A DNA stretch of 64,000 bases from Patescibacteria group bacterium. Lineage in GTDB: Bacteria; Patescibacteriota; Minisyncoccia; Phycocordibacterales; JBBTRF01. The position numbers and the translations under genes are program-made. Below the pieces are notes generated by a model. It made no database searches. It had not been told where the DNA came from and was given only the letters and a program-made list of their open reading frames with translations. Positions 45,584-55,287 of this stretch are shown piece by piece. The DNA lies in contig JBBTRF010000001.1 in NCBI GenBank assembly GCA_038065315.1, forward strand, positions 592,458 to 656,457, read 5' to 3'. Position 1 is the first letter of the stretch. The number at the start of each line of letters is the position of its first letter.

Positions 45584-46852
45584 GTGACATTGTACACACG
45601 ACATTTGAAAGACACCGAGATCAAAAAGTTGCTGAAAGCCGAGAAAACCCGCCAAAAGAAGGTGGTGAACTTGATTGCTTCTGAAAATTATGTTTCCAGC
45701 GACGTTTTGAAGGCGCTCGGCTCCGAGCTCACCAATAAATATGCTGAGGGCTATCCAGGGAAGCGTTATTATGGCGGCAATGAATATGTCGACCAGATCG
45801 AGACGCTTTGCAAGGAACGCGCACTGAAGCTTTTTGGTCTTGATGCAGGTTCTGTTGGTACGCAGGCGAGAAAGTGGCATGTGAATGTGCAGCCGCTTTC
45901 CGGCTCGCCGGCCAACTTGGCGGTGTTTCTCGGACTGGTGCCTCCGGGCGGCAAAATCATGGGCATGTCCCTCGCGCATGGTGGCCACCTCACTCATGGG
46001 CAGAAGGTTTCGATCACAGGAAAGATGTGGACGCCCGTACATTTTGGTGTTGATCAAAAGACCGAGCTCATCGACTACGCTGCGCTCAAAGCACAGGCTA
46101 TTGCTGAAAAACCGGCAATTATTGTGGCGGGCTTCACGGCGTATCCGCGCATTGTTGATTTCAAACAGTTTCGCGCTGTCGCTGATGCCTGTGGTGCCAT
46201 CCTCATGGTGGACATGTCGCATTTCGCTGGCCTCGTGGCAGGTGCTGTGTACCCGAGTCCGTTTGCATACGCTGATGTCGTGACAACCACCACGCACAAG
46301 ACGCTCCGCGGTCCGCGTGCGGCGCTCATTTTTGTACGCAAGGACAAAAGCGGGCTCAATCCTAAAGGCGAGTCCGTCTCTTTTGCCGATCTCATCGACA
46401 AGGCGGTGTTCCCAGGCTTGCAGGGCGGTCCACATCTCAACCAGATTGCCGCGGTGGCCGTCGCACTGAAAGAAGCCGCTACTCCCGCATTCCAAAAATA
46501 TGCTGCCCAAGTGGTGCAGAATGCCAAAGCCCTCGCCAATGAACTCTCCTCGCTCGGCTGGCGCGTGATCTCCGGTGGTACCGATTCGCACCTTGTGTTG
46601 ATCGATACGTGGATGGGCGGAAAAAAGGGAGGTGCCGACGGCAAGATGGGCGGTATCACCGGCGAAGAGGCGAGCGAGCGATTGGAAAAAGCCGGCATCA
46701 TCGTGAACAAGAATGCGATTCCATTCGACACGCGACCACCGATGGATCCATCAGGTATTCGCCTCGGAAGTGCTGCTGAAACTACTCGTGGCAAGAAAGA
46801 AAAAGACTTCCGCGCGTTGGCCCAAAAGATAGACAAGATTCTCAGAAAGTAG
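45584..46852 (+). CDS. glyA: serine hydroxymethyltransferase
   Basis: PLP/THF enzyme signature LIASENY...HLTHGQ...TTTHKTLRGPR. Confidence 0.9.
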   Translation: MTLYTRHLKDTEIKKLLKAEKTRQKKVVNLIASENYVSSDVLKALGSELTNKYAEGYPGKRYYGGNEYVDQIETLCKERALKLFGLDAGSVGTQARKWHVNVQPLSGSPANLAVFLGLVPPGGKIMGMSLAHGGHLTHGQKVSITGKMWTPVHFGVDQKTELIDYAALKAQAIAEKPAIIVAGFTAYPRIVDFKQFRAVADACGAILMVDMSHFAGLVAGAVYPSPFAYADVVTTTTHKTLRGPRAALIFVRKDKSGLNPKGESVSFADLIDKAVFPGLQGGPHLNQIAAVAVALKEAATPAFQKYAAQVVQNAKALANELSSLGWRVISGGTDSHLVLIDTWMGGKKGGADGKMGGITGEEASERLEKAGIIVNKNAIPFDTRPPMDPSGIRLGSAAETTRGKKEKDFRALAQKIDKILRK

Positions 46853-46968
46853 TACTATTCACCTCGGTCAAATCAGCTCTAAAACACAGTAAATGCAACA
46901 CGACTGGGCGGCTGCTGCCGTTCGGTCATTCAACCAAAACCGAGCTGGTTTGGGTGGAAGCAATCGTT

Positions 46969-47367
46969 ATGAAAGTCATTCCTCGTCTCACGGCGACAGC
47001 GTTTCGTCGCCTTTTTTCCAAGTTGGCAAAAACGTGGCGGCAACAACGGGGTCAGTTCGCCAAGCAGCTCGAATCGTTGCTGGGCCAGATCAGTGACGGC
47101 GGGCAGTTCCGACAGATCTTCGCATTCTGCATCAATGTGGCCGCCGGCCCAGCGATCATCCGGGCCGTCATCCATGCTTGGGATGCCGCCATGGAATTCC
47201 GCCTCTTCGTGGTCGAGATTCGCAAGCGTTTTGTCGCCACCTTCAGCTGGCTCGTGGCGAATGCCGAAAAATACGCCGAGGTGTATCGGCAGTGCGCTCC
47301 TGGCGCAGCGGTGGCTCGCCGGATCAAGCACCTCTTCGAGGCTGCCGGTTATCCGCTTCCGGCGTAG
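46969..47367 (+). CDS. hypothetical protein (132 aa)
   Basis: GC-rich ORF followed by terminator. Confidence 0.4.
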   Translation: MKVIPRLTATAFRRLFSKLAKTWRQQRGQFAKQLESLLGQISDGGQFRQIFAFCINVAAGPAIIRAVIHAWDAAMEFRLFVVEIRKRFVATFSWLVANAEKYAEVYRQCAPGAAVARRIKHLFEAAGYPLPA

Positions 47368-47409
47368 CGACTGCTCCGGCCGCGATGGTTGCAAGTTTCG
47401 ATCAAAGTA

Positions 47410-47444
47410 GGGACGCTCTTCGTGGGCGTCCCGCTTTTATTTTC
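47410..47444 (+). terminator. rho-independent terminator GGGACGC..GCGTCCC + TTTTATTTT
   Basis: read directly. Confidence 0.65.
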
Positions 47445-47702
47445 CCTAAAATACCTCGGGAGCTGCAGGCCCCCCAACCGCGCAAAAATTGACAAGTACT
47501 ATCAAGATGTGTAGTATTCCGTCCAGACTGTTTTTTCGAAATATTCAGCAAAAAGCCAGTTAGTTGGGCGTTTTTTGTGTTGTGAGTCATGTCGGCCGAT
47601 GAGTATTCAATGGACGTCCTTTGAACCCTCCTTGGCCGACGCGACTCCCATAGGGGGTGTATTTGCCGAGCTCCGATCGAGAGCTTTTCCAATCAGTCGA
47701 TC

Positions 47703-48674
47703 ATGTCGGTTGTCGGTAGAGAGAAGACCACTCTTAAAAAACACCACGCACAAATGACACACCAAGTTGTTCCCAACATCGCCGCATCAATGCCGTGCCC
47801 ACTCACTGGATTGCCCTTCGCGCTCCGGTTCTACCTCACCATGGTGGCCGAGACGAAAGGCGTCCTCGCCGCCGGCTACACCGGCATCCACGGCCAGGGC
47901 TATGCCGCCGCCTTCCTGAAACTCATCGGTGCCACGGCACAGGAGGTGCAAGACTTCTTCGCATCCCAGCCCAGCTACCTGGCTTACGCGCAGTGGCTCC
48001 GGCAGCGTTTGCAGGCCGGTAGCGTGTCCAAGCTGGCGATCCGCAAATTCGGGATCCTGGTCAGGACCTACCAGCATCGCGGATCTGCCCTCGAAGAAGC
48101 CTTGGCGGATGCCGGCATGACGGCTGAATCTGCGGGGACGGCCACGGCCGATATCCTGAACAGCCTTGGTGACATGCGGACCCGCTTCAGTCTCGGTCAA
48201 GGTGGCGCGCCGATCGCTGTTTACGGCATCCCCCTGACGCCCGCCAACAAGCGCTGTCCCTTTACCGGCCTGCTGGTCGCCGAGCGCTTCTACGAGGTTG
48301 CCCGGCTTGAGTCGGAAGGATACCTCGCCGAAGGCTACACTGGCGTTCACGGCAAGGGCTTCGCCGCGGTCTTCCTTGCGGCCATCAACCGCACGGCTGA
48401 CGAGGCCGACGAATTCTTCGCCGACGCTCCCAGCTACGATGCCTACGCCAACTGGGCCGCCGAGAAGCCACCTACCCGCAGTGCGCGCATCACCTTGGAA
48501 CTGGTGGTGGCCACCTACGACCACACGGGGGAGGCCCTCACCAATGCGCTCGCCGCCGCCGGTATGACGGCGGAGGAGTTGGGCAGCGAATCGGCCGAAG
48601 ACGTCAACCTCATGGAGGATGTGGCGACTTGGACTGCCGCGGTTCGTGCCATCACGCTCCCCGCCGCTGAATAG
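47703..48674 (+). CDS. high-GC hypothetical protein built from two ~150-aa internal repeats (CP(L/F)TGL...EGY(T/L)..GYTG(I/V)HG(Q/K)G(Y/F)AA(A/V)FL)
   Basis: internal duplication visible in translation; GC about 62%; start may be 47754. Confidence 0.5.
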   Translation: MSVVGREKTTLKKHHAQMTHQVVPNIAASMPCPLTGLPFALRFYLTMVAETKGVLAAGYTGIHGQGYAAAFLKLIGATAQEVQDFFASQPSYLAYAQWLRQRLQAGSVSKLAIRKFGILVRTYQHRGSALEEALADAGMTAESAGTATADILNSLGDMRTRFSLGQGGAPIAVYGIPLTPANKRCPFTGLLVAERFYEVARLESEGYLAEGYTGVHGKGFAAVFLAAINRTADEADEFFADAPSYDAYANWAAEKPPTRSARITLELVVATYDHTGEALTNALAAAGMTAEELGSESAEDVNLMEDVATWTAAVRAITLPAAE

Positions 48675-48695
48675 TTCCGACCTCGCGTTCTTCAA

Positions 48696-48730
48696 GACCG
48701 CAGCCCCCCAGGCTGCGGTCCTTTCTTTTT
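48696..48730 (+). terminator. rho-independent terminator GACCGCAGCC..GGCTGCGGTC + T-run
   Basis: read directly. Confidence 0.7.
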
Positions 48731-48764
48731 CCTAAAATACGTCGAAAATGCTAGAATGCTTTTT

Positions 48765-50489
48765 ATGAAAGTCCGACTCGAAAAAGCTTTTGCTTCTGTC
48801 CTCACCGACCTTGGCGTCTCTGCGCCGAAGGCATCTTTTGAGCATCCTGAGGTGATCGCGCACGGCGACTACGCCACTGGTGTTGCGCTCGCATATGCGA
48901 AACAACTTGGCATGAAGCCACGCGATCTCGCGGAGAAGATCGTCGGCGCTCTAAAGCTCGGACCGCTGGTAGAGAAGATCGACATTGCCGGTCCAGGGTT
49001 CATCAATATCCACTTGTCGAAGCAGTTTTTTGCCGAGGCTTTGGCGACCATTGAAAAGCAGGGCGAGACTTTTGGTACGAATGCACGTCTGAAAGGGCAG
49101 AAGGTGCTAGTGGAATACACCGACCCGAATCCGTTCAAGGTGTTTCATATTGGGCACTTGATGTCGAATGCGGTCGGCGAATCGGTCGCGCGCTTGATGG
49201 CGGCGAGCGGCGCAAAGACCGTCCGCGCGAACTATCAGGGTGATGTCGGGCTCCACGTGGCGAAGGCGGTGTGGGGGATGCAATCCCTGAATGCGACGGC
49301 GAAGCTCGCTCAATTGAAGCAGCTTCCGGCAGCCGAGCAGGTGGCGTTCATTGGCAAAGCGTATGTACACGGTTCGGAGCAATATGAGGCCGACAAATCG
49401 GCTGAAGCAGAGATTCAGCTCATCAATCAGGCTGTTTTCGATCGGAAAACTGCGGAGGTAAATATACTATACGATTGGGGGAGGAAAGTGACCCTAGATC
49501 ATTTTGAATTGATCTACAAAAAACTTGGCACAAAATTCGACCATTACTTTTTCGAGAGCGAAGTGGCGCAGGATGGGCTGGAGATGGTTCGTGGTGGACT
49601 CGGGAAGAGTGTGTTTGTGGAAAGCGAGGGTGCGATTGTATTCAAGGGTGAGGAACATGGCTTGCATACACGCGTGTTCATCACTTCTCGTGGCTTGCCG
49701 ACGTATGATGCGAAAGAGCTTGGATTGGCCAAGCAGAAATTTGAATTGATCAAACCAGATTTGTCGATTGTGGTGACGGCGAATGAGCAGAGTGAATATT
49801 ACAAAGTGTTCATGCGAGCTTTGTTTTTGTTGCGTCCGGAGATCGCGGAGCGCACCAAGCATGTCAGCCACGGCATGATGCGTTTTGCGAGCGGGAAGAT
49901 GTCGTCGCGAAAGGGCAATGTGGTGGCGGGGGAGGCGTTGCTCGCTGATGCTGAAGCAATGGTGGCGGAGAAGATCAAGGATCGCGGTTTCGATGCGCCG
50001 ACCGCGGCCGAGGTGATGGAGAAGGTTGCTGTTGGTGCGGTAAAGTATTCAGTCTTGAAGTCCGCCGCCGGCAGCGACATCGTGTACGACCCAGAAAAAG
50101 CTGTTTCTTTTGACGGCGATTCTGGTCCGTATCTCCAATATTCATATGCTCGCGCTCTGTCGGTGCTCCGCAAGCCGGAAGCGGTGGCGTTGTTAAAAAA
50201 CAGCACTTCAGACATTGCGACGGGTACCGAGATCGGTCAACTCGAAAAACTTCTCTACCGTTTTCCGGAAGTGGTGGACCGTGCCGCCGGCTCGTTTGAA
50301 CCGCATTTTGTCACCGACTACCTCACGCAGCTCGCCGGCGCCTTCAATGCCTTCTATGCGAACAATCAGATCATCAACCCCGAAGATGCCACCACCTCGG
50401 CATACCGCCTCCGCCTTGCTCGTGCTTTTACGACCGTGATGAAGAACGGCCTCAACCTACTCGCCATTCCGGCGGTGGAGAGGATGTAA
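48765..50489 (+). CDS. argS: arginine--tRNA ligase
   Basis: class I HIGH (FHIGHL) and family-wide similarity. Confidence 0.85.
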   Translation: MKVRLEKAFASVLTDLGVSAPKASFEHPEVIAHGDYATGVALAYAKQLGMKPRDLAEKIVGALKLGPLVEKIDIAGPGFINIHLSKQFFAEALATIEKQGETFGTNARLKGQKVLVEYTDPNPFKVFHIGHLMSNAVGESVARLMAASGAKTVRANYQGDVGLHVAKAVWGMQSLNATAKLAQLKQLPAAEQVAFIGKAYVHGSEQYEADKSAEAEIQLINQAVFDRKTAEVNILYDWGRKVTLDHFELIYKKLGTKFDHYFFESEVAQDGLEMVRGGLGKSVFVESEGAIVFKGEEHGLHTRVFITSRGLPTYDAKELGLAKQKFELIKPDLSIVVTANEQSEYYKVFMRALFLLRPEIAERTKHVSHGMMRFASGKMSSRKGNVVAGEALLADAEAMVAEKIKDRGFDAPTAAEVMEKVAVGAVKYSVLKSAAGSDIVYDPEKAVSFDGDSGPYLQYSYARALSVLRKPEAVALLKNSTSDIATGTEIGQLEKLLYRFPEVVDRAAGSFEPHFVTDYLTQLAGAFNAFYANNQIINPEDATTSAYRLRLARAFTTVMKNGLNLLAIPAVERM

Positions 50490-50503
50490 TTTATAATAAA
50501 TGC

Positions 50504-51464
50504 ATGTCAGTTTTATCTGAGAAACACAAAAAAGTTTTAAAATATCTTGTAGATACGTTCGATAATGCCGGAATTTTATTCCAAGCTACAAGCGGATTGG
50601 CGGCTAACGTCTACGGATCTTCTAGATCACTCTACGATATTGATATAGATGTGTACAAAAAAGATATTCCTAAAGCACAGGAACTTTTCAGGAAGCATGT
50701 CGTTTCTGATTTTGTACATGAGCAGAATGAATCATTTGATCTTTACGAATTCACGCTCAAGATTGATGGCGTTACTGTTGATGTAAGCCAAGCAGAAGAA
50801 AGTTACGCGATAGGGAAGGATGGGACAAAGATTTTAGTAATGAATGACATTAAAAATGCATCAAAACATACCTTTGAAGGGATTGCTTTCAGGGTACTCG
50901 ATAAGGGGCAGTTAGTCCGGTATAAGACTCATGTTGCAAGGAGTACTGATTTGAGTGATGTGAAAGAGATAACAGCTCTTGCTAGCAAAGTACACATCTA
51001 CATTGATGGGAATAACCTCTATCGTGGCGCAAAAGAACTTGGTTTCACTATTGATTATAAAAAGTTCAGAGGTTGGCTTCGCCAAAAATATAATCCAACG
51101 AGCGTTTATCTATATCATCGGTCTTGTTCCTGATAGGGTAAAATTCTACGAATACTTGCAGGAATGTGGTTTCATCTTGATTTTTAAGCAGACTGTTTCT
51201 GTGGGAGGGGTAGTGAAGGGTAATTGCGACGCGGAATTAGTACTCAAGACTATTTCAGATTTTTATACGAAAGCGTTCGATAAATGTATGCTTGTAACGG
51301 GCGATGGTGACTTTGGTTGCGTGGTTGAATTTCTAGCGGGTAATTCGGCATTGGGTGGCATAATCGCTCCAGATAGGAAAAAGTGCTCAATTTTGCTTAA
51401 GAATAAAAATATTGAAATTACTTTCCTCAACGAACATTATCACAAGTTCTCAACCCCTTTATAA
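50504..51464 (+). pseudogene. nucleotidyltransferase-like N-terminus fused to NYN-domain (LabA-like) RNase, interrupted by a frameshift near 51100
   Basis: frame 1 HIYIDGNNLY... ends at 51133; continuation of NYN fold (LVTGDGDFGCVVEFL) in +1 frame 50979-51464; AT-rich. Confidence 0.5.
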
Positions 51465-51635
51465 AAGAAAAAGCCCCCGATGCAGACGAATCTGCATAAG
51501 GGCCTTCTTCATGGTGATACTAGTATAATACATGATTGATCATTGGATGCAAGCACAGTGGCTTGCTGTATGGAATTGTATCAGTATGTTTATTGGTGCT
51601 AGAATAGCCACATTCGGCCCAATTTCCGAGATTTT

Positions 51636-54600
51636 ATGAACGAGACTCCTAAAACCCCTCCCGCAAGCCCAAAAAGCCCCCACGCTGAGCGCGAGGAGAA
51701 GGTGCTGTGTTTGTGGGCGCAAGAACAAATCTTTGCTAAAAGCCTCGAAAAGGCCTCGCCAAAGGGTGAATTTGTCTTCTATGACGGCCCGCCATTTGCC
51801 ACCGGTCTGCTTCATTATGGCCACATTTTGGCAGGTACGATTAAGGACGCGATCCCGCGATACAAGACGATGCAAGGCTTCCACGTGCCGCGCCGTTGGG
51901 GCTGGGATTGCCACGGTTTGCCTGTCGAAAATATTGTCGAAAAAGAGATTGGTTTGAAGTCGAAAAAAGATATTCTCGACTACGGTATCGACCGTTTCAA
52001 TCAAGCGGCCCGCGACACCGTGCTCCGTTATGCGCACGTGTGGGAAGAGCAGGTGCCACGTCTTGGTCGCTGGGTGGATATGAAGAACGAGTATCGCACC
52101 ATGGATACTTCATACACCGAATCCGTCTGGTGGGTGTTTAAACAGCTTCATGAAAAGGGTCTGGTGTACGAGGGTTTCAAAAGCATGCACCTGTGTCCGC
52201 GCTGTGAGACGACCTTGTCGAATTTCGAAGTGAATCTCGGGTACAAGGACGTCACCGATATTTCAGTGTACGCAAAGTTTGAATTGAAAAGCGAGCCGGG
52301 AACATTTTTTGTTGCGTGGACGACGACACCGTGGACCTTGCCGGGCAATGTTGCCCTCGCTGTTGGTCCGGAGATTATGTATGCGAAGGTGAAAGTGACC
52401 GACGCAAAGACTGGCGCGGTTTCGCGAGTGATCGTGGCGAAGGAAAAGCTTGTAGCCGTGATGAAGGATGTGCCGTACGAAGTGCTTGCTGAGATGAAGG
52501 GCGCGGAATTGGTCGGCAAAGAATACACGCCGGTATTTTCATACTATATTAGCGACGAAAAGTTGAAAAATGTGCAGAACGCCTGGAAAGTATACGCGGC
52601 AGATTTCGTGACCCTCGAAAAGGGCACTGGCATCGTGCATATCGCGCCGGCGTTCGGCGAAGATGACTACCAGCTCAGTCTAAAGATGCAGCTGCCATTT
52701 ATTCAGCATGTCGGCATGAATGGCGCGTTCAAAAAAGAGGTGGCGGATTTTGCCGGCCAACAGGTGAAGCCGAAGTCAAGCGAGACCGAAAAAGACGCGC
52801 ATCAGAAGACAGACATCGAGATCATCAAATATCTGGCACAGAAGGGCACACTGTTTGCGAAGGAAAAGATCATTCACTCGTATCCACATTGTTGGCGTTG
52901 CGAGACACCGCTGCTCAACTACGCGTCTTCGTCGTGGTTTGTACGCGTGACCGATTTCAAAGACAAGCTCGTCGCGGAAAACAAAAAGGTGAAGTGGGTG
53001 CCACGAGAGGTGGGCGAAAACCGTTTTGGCGATTGGCTCGAAAATGCTCGCGATTGGGCGATCTCACGTTCGCGATTCTGGGGAGCGCCGCTGCCGGTGT
53101 GGAAGTGTCAGTCTTGTGAGCAGGTGAAGGTATTTGGCAGCACTGCGGAACTCAAGAAGGCATTGAAGCCGCGCAATACCTACTACGTGATGCGCCATGG
53201 CGAGGCGGAACACAATGTTCAGCGCATCATGAGCACTGATCTGGCAGACTGTCATCATCTCACGGAGAAGGGTCGGCGACAGGCGCTTGAGGCCGGCGAG
53301 GTTTTGAAGGACAAAAAGATCGACGTCATTTTTGCCTCACCTTTTTTGCGCACACAGGAGACCATGAAGGAGGTTTGCGAGGTGATTGGCTTTGATCACA
53401 AGAAGATTGTGAAGGATCCACGTATTGGAGAGATTCGTGCCGGCGTATTCAACGGTCGGCCGGTGGGCGAGTACCATGGCTTTTTCGGCACGGGAGAATA
53501 CGCACGCTACGTGAAGCGTCCACAAGGCGGCGAAAACTACACCGATGTTCGGGCGCGCGTCGCGGAGTTTCTCTACGACATCGATGCACGATATGAAGGG
53601 AAAAATATCTTGGTCGTGACGCACGATTCACCAGCGTGGTTCTTGTCTGCTGAAGCTGAGGCGATGAACAGTGAGCAGGCAAACACGCTCCGCGGCACAA
53701 CACCATTTTTCCTAAAGAATGCCGAAGTGCGACCGCTGCCTTTCGCGGCGCTATCTTGCAATGCCGAGCGTAAAGTGGATCTGCATCGACCGTTTATCGA
53801 CGGTGTCGCTTTGTTGTGCGCCTGCGGCGGCGACATGAAACGCGTGGCGGAAGTGTTTGATTGCTGGTTTGAGTCCGGCTCAATGCCATATGGCGAAGCG
53901 CGTTATCCGGCGGAGCAAAAGAATGGTTTCCGACCGGCGCGAAACGTGTTTGATCGATGGTTTGGCCGATTCACTGGCCGCGTGAAAAGATATCCAGCTG
54001 ATTTTATTGCCGAAGGTCTCGACCAGACCCGCGGCTGGTTCTACTCGATGCTCGTGCTCGGTGTCGCTCTGTTCGGCAAGTCGCCATACAAGCAGGTGGT
54101 GGTGAACGGTCTCATCCTCGCGGAAGATGGTCGCAAGATGTCGAAGAGCCTGAAGAATTATCCCGATCCGATGAAGGTTGTCGATGCGTATGGTGCCGAC
54201 GCCCTGCGTTTTTATTTGCTCAACTCGCCGGTAGTGCGCGGCCAAGATCTCTGCTTCTCGGAGAAAGGGGTCGATGAAGTGGCAAAAAAGCTCCTTGGTC
54301 GTCTCGACAATGTCCGTTCTTTCTATGAGCTCTACGCCGATGCTTCTGTCGTCGCTTCTCGAAATTCAACAAACGTCCTCGACCGCTGGATCCTCGCACG
54401 TCTCGCAGGGCTGGTCAGCGAAGTCACTGATGCGTTTGAAGGGTACGAGCTCGACAAGGCTTGCCGACCATTCAATGGTTTTGTCGATGATCTGTCGACT
54501 TGGTATCTGCGCCGATCTCGCGATCGTTTCAAAAATACCGATGGCGCTGCTGCTCCGGAGGCCGTGGCCGACAAAAAAGCTGCACTCGAGACCACTCGTT

Positions 54601-55262
54601 TTGTATTGCGAGAAGTGGCCAAAGTCCTCGCGCCTATCATGCCGTTCTATGCAGAGTCGCTGTATCAGTCTTTGAAGGCTACTGGTTGTGTCGATGATAT
54701 TTCTCTCCTGAGTGTGCATCTCGAGAGCTGGCCGTCAGTCGCTGAGGTTTGTAAGCAATCGACAAAGGCGCAGGCACAGATTGTGGCCGACATGGCCGAT
54801 GTTCGCTCGACAGTTTCTCTTGGTCTCGAGGCACGTATGCAAGCGAAGATCAATGTTCGACAGCCGCTTGCGCGATTGTCGGTGAAGAAATTGCCAAAGG
54901 GTGTCGATGCGGCGGAACTCATCGAACTCGTGAAAGATGAAGTGAATGTAAAGAAGGTCGATGAGAGTGTGTCGATAGACGGCGCAGTACTTCTCGATAC
55001 CGTACTTACTCCGGAGCTCAAGGAAGAGGGTATTGTTCGCGACATGATTCGATCGGTGCAAGATCTTCGCAAGCAGTCTGGTCTCAATCCAAACGATCGA
55101 GTGGATCTCTTTGTTGATACCGATGAGGCAGGCAAGCGCTTCCTCGAGAAGTACCAGGGGGTCTTGTGCAAAGTGACCGGCGTGAAGCAGGTGCGATGGG
55201 AGATCGTACAGCAAGGAGTTCATTTGGAGTTCGACGGATTGAGGTTTGGTTTGAAGCTGTAA
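51636..55262 (+). CDS. ileS: isoleucine--tRNA ligase (type 2) with inserted histidine-phosphatase (PGAM-like) domain
   Basis: GPPFATGLLHYGH HIGH, KMSKS; about 200-aa insert with RHGEAEHN between the conserved zinc-ribbon region and DLHRP block. Confidence 0.85.
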   Translation: MNETPKTPPASPKSPHAEREEKVLCLWAQEQIFAKSLEKASPKGEFVFYDGPPFATGLLHYGHILAGTIKDAIPRYKTMQGFHVPRRWGWDCHGLPVENIVEKEIGLKSKKDILDYGIDRFNQAARDTVLRYAHVWEEQVPRLGRWVDMKNEYRTMDTSYTESVWWVFKQLHEKGLVYEGFKSMHLCPRCETTLSNFEVNLGYKDVTDISVYAKFELKSEPGTFFVAWTTTPWTLPGNVALAVGPEIMYAKVKVTDAKTGAVSRVIVAKEKLVAVMKDVPYEVLAEMKGAELVGKEYTPVFSYYISDEKLKNVQNAWKVYAADFVTLEKGTGIVHIAPAFGEDDYQLSLKMQLPFIQHVGMNGAFKKEVADFAGQQVKPKSSETEKDAHQKTDIEIIKYLAQKGTLFAKEKIIHSYPHCWRCETPLLNYASSSWFVRVTDFKDKLVAENKKVKWVPREVGENRFGDWLENARDWAISRSRFWGAPLPVWKCQSCEQVKVFGSTAELKKALKPRNTYYVMRHGEAEHNVQRIMSTDLADCHHLTEKGRRQALEAGEVLKDKKIDVIFASPFLRTQETMKEVCEVIGFDHKKIVKDPRIGEIRAGVFNGRPVGEYHGFFGTGEYARYVKRPQGGENYTDVRARVAEFLYDIDARYEGKNILVVTHDSPAWFLSAEAEAMNSEQANTLRGTTPFFLKNAEVRPLPFAALSCNAERKVDLHRPFIDGVALLCACGGDMKRVAEVFDCWFESGSMPYGEARYPAEQKNGFRPARNVFDRWFGRFTGRVKRYPADFIAEGLDQTRGWFYSMLVLGVALFGKSPYKQVVVNGLILAEDGRKMSKSLKNYPDPMKVVDAYGADALRFYLLNSPVVRGQDLCFSEKGVDEVAKKLLGRLDNVRSFYELYADASVVASRNSTNVLDRWILARLAGLVSEVTDAFEGYELDKACRPFNGFVDDLSTWYLRRSRDRFKNTDGAAAPEAVADKKAALETTRFVLREVAKVLAPIMPFYAESLYQSLKATGCVDDISLLSVHLESWPSVAEVCKQSTKAQAQIVADMADVRSTVSLGLEARMQAKINVRQPLARLSVKKLPKGVDAAELIELVKDEVNVKKVDESVSIDGAVLLDTVLTPELKEEGIVRDMIRSVQDLRKQSGLNPNDRVDLFVDTDEAGKRFLEKYQGVLCKVTGVKQVRWEIVQQGVHLEFDGLRFGLKL

Positions 55263-55287
55263 CGCACGATTTCATCGCTGCATCTAT

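Noticed and set aside
45545-46591. 348-aa minus-strand ORF
   Set aside because: Entirely antisense to glyA, whose identity is unambiguous.
47787-48695. 302-aa minus-strand ORF in 62% GC region
   Set aside because: Antisense to the internally repeated + strand ORF; no motifs; typical GC-driven spurious ORF.
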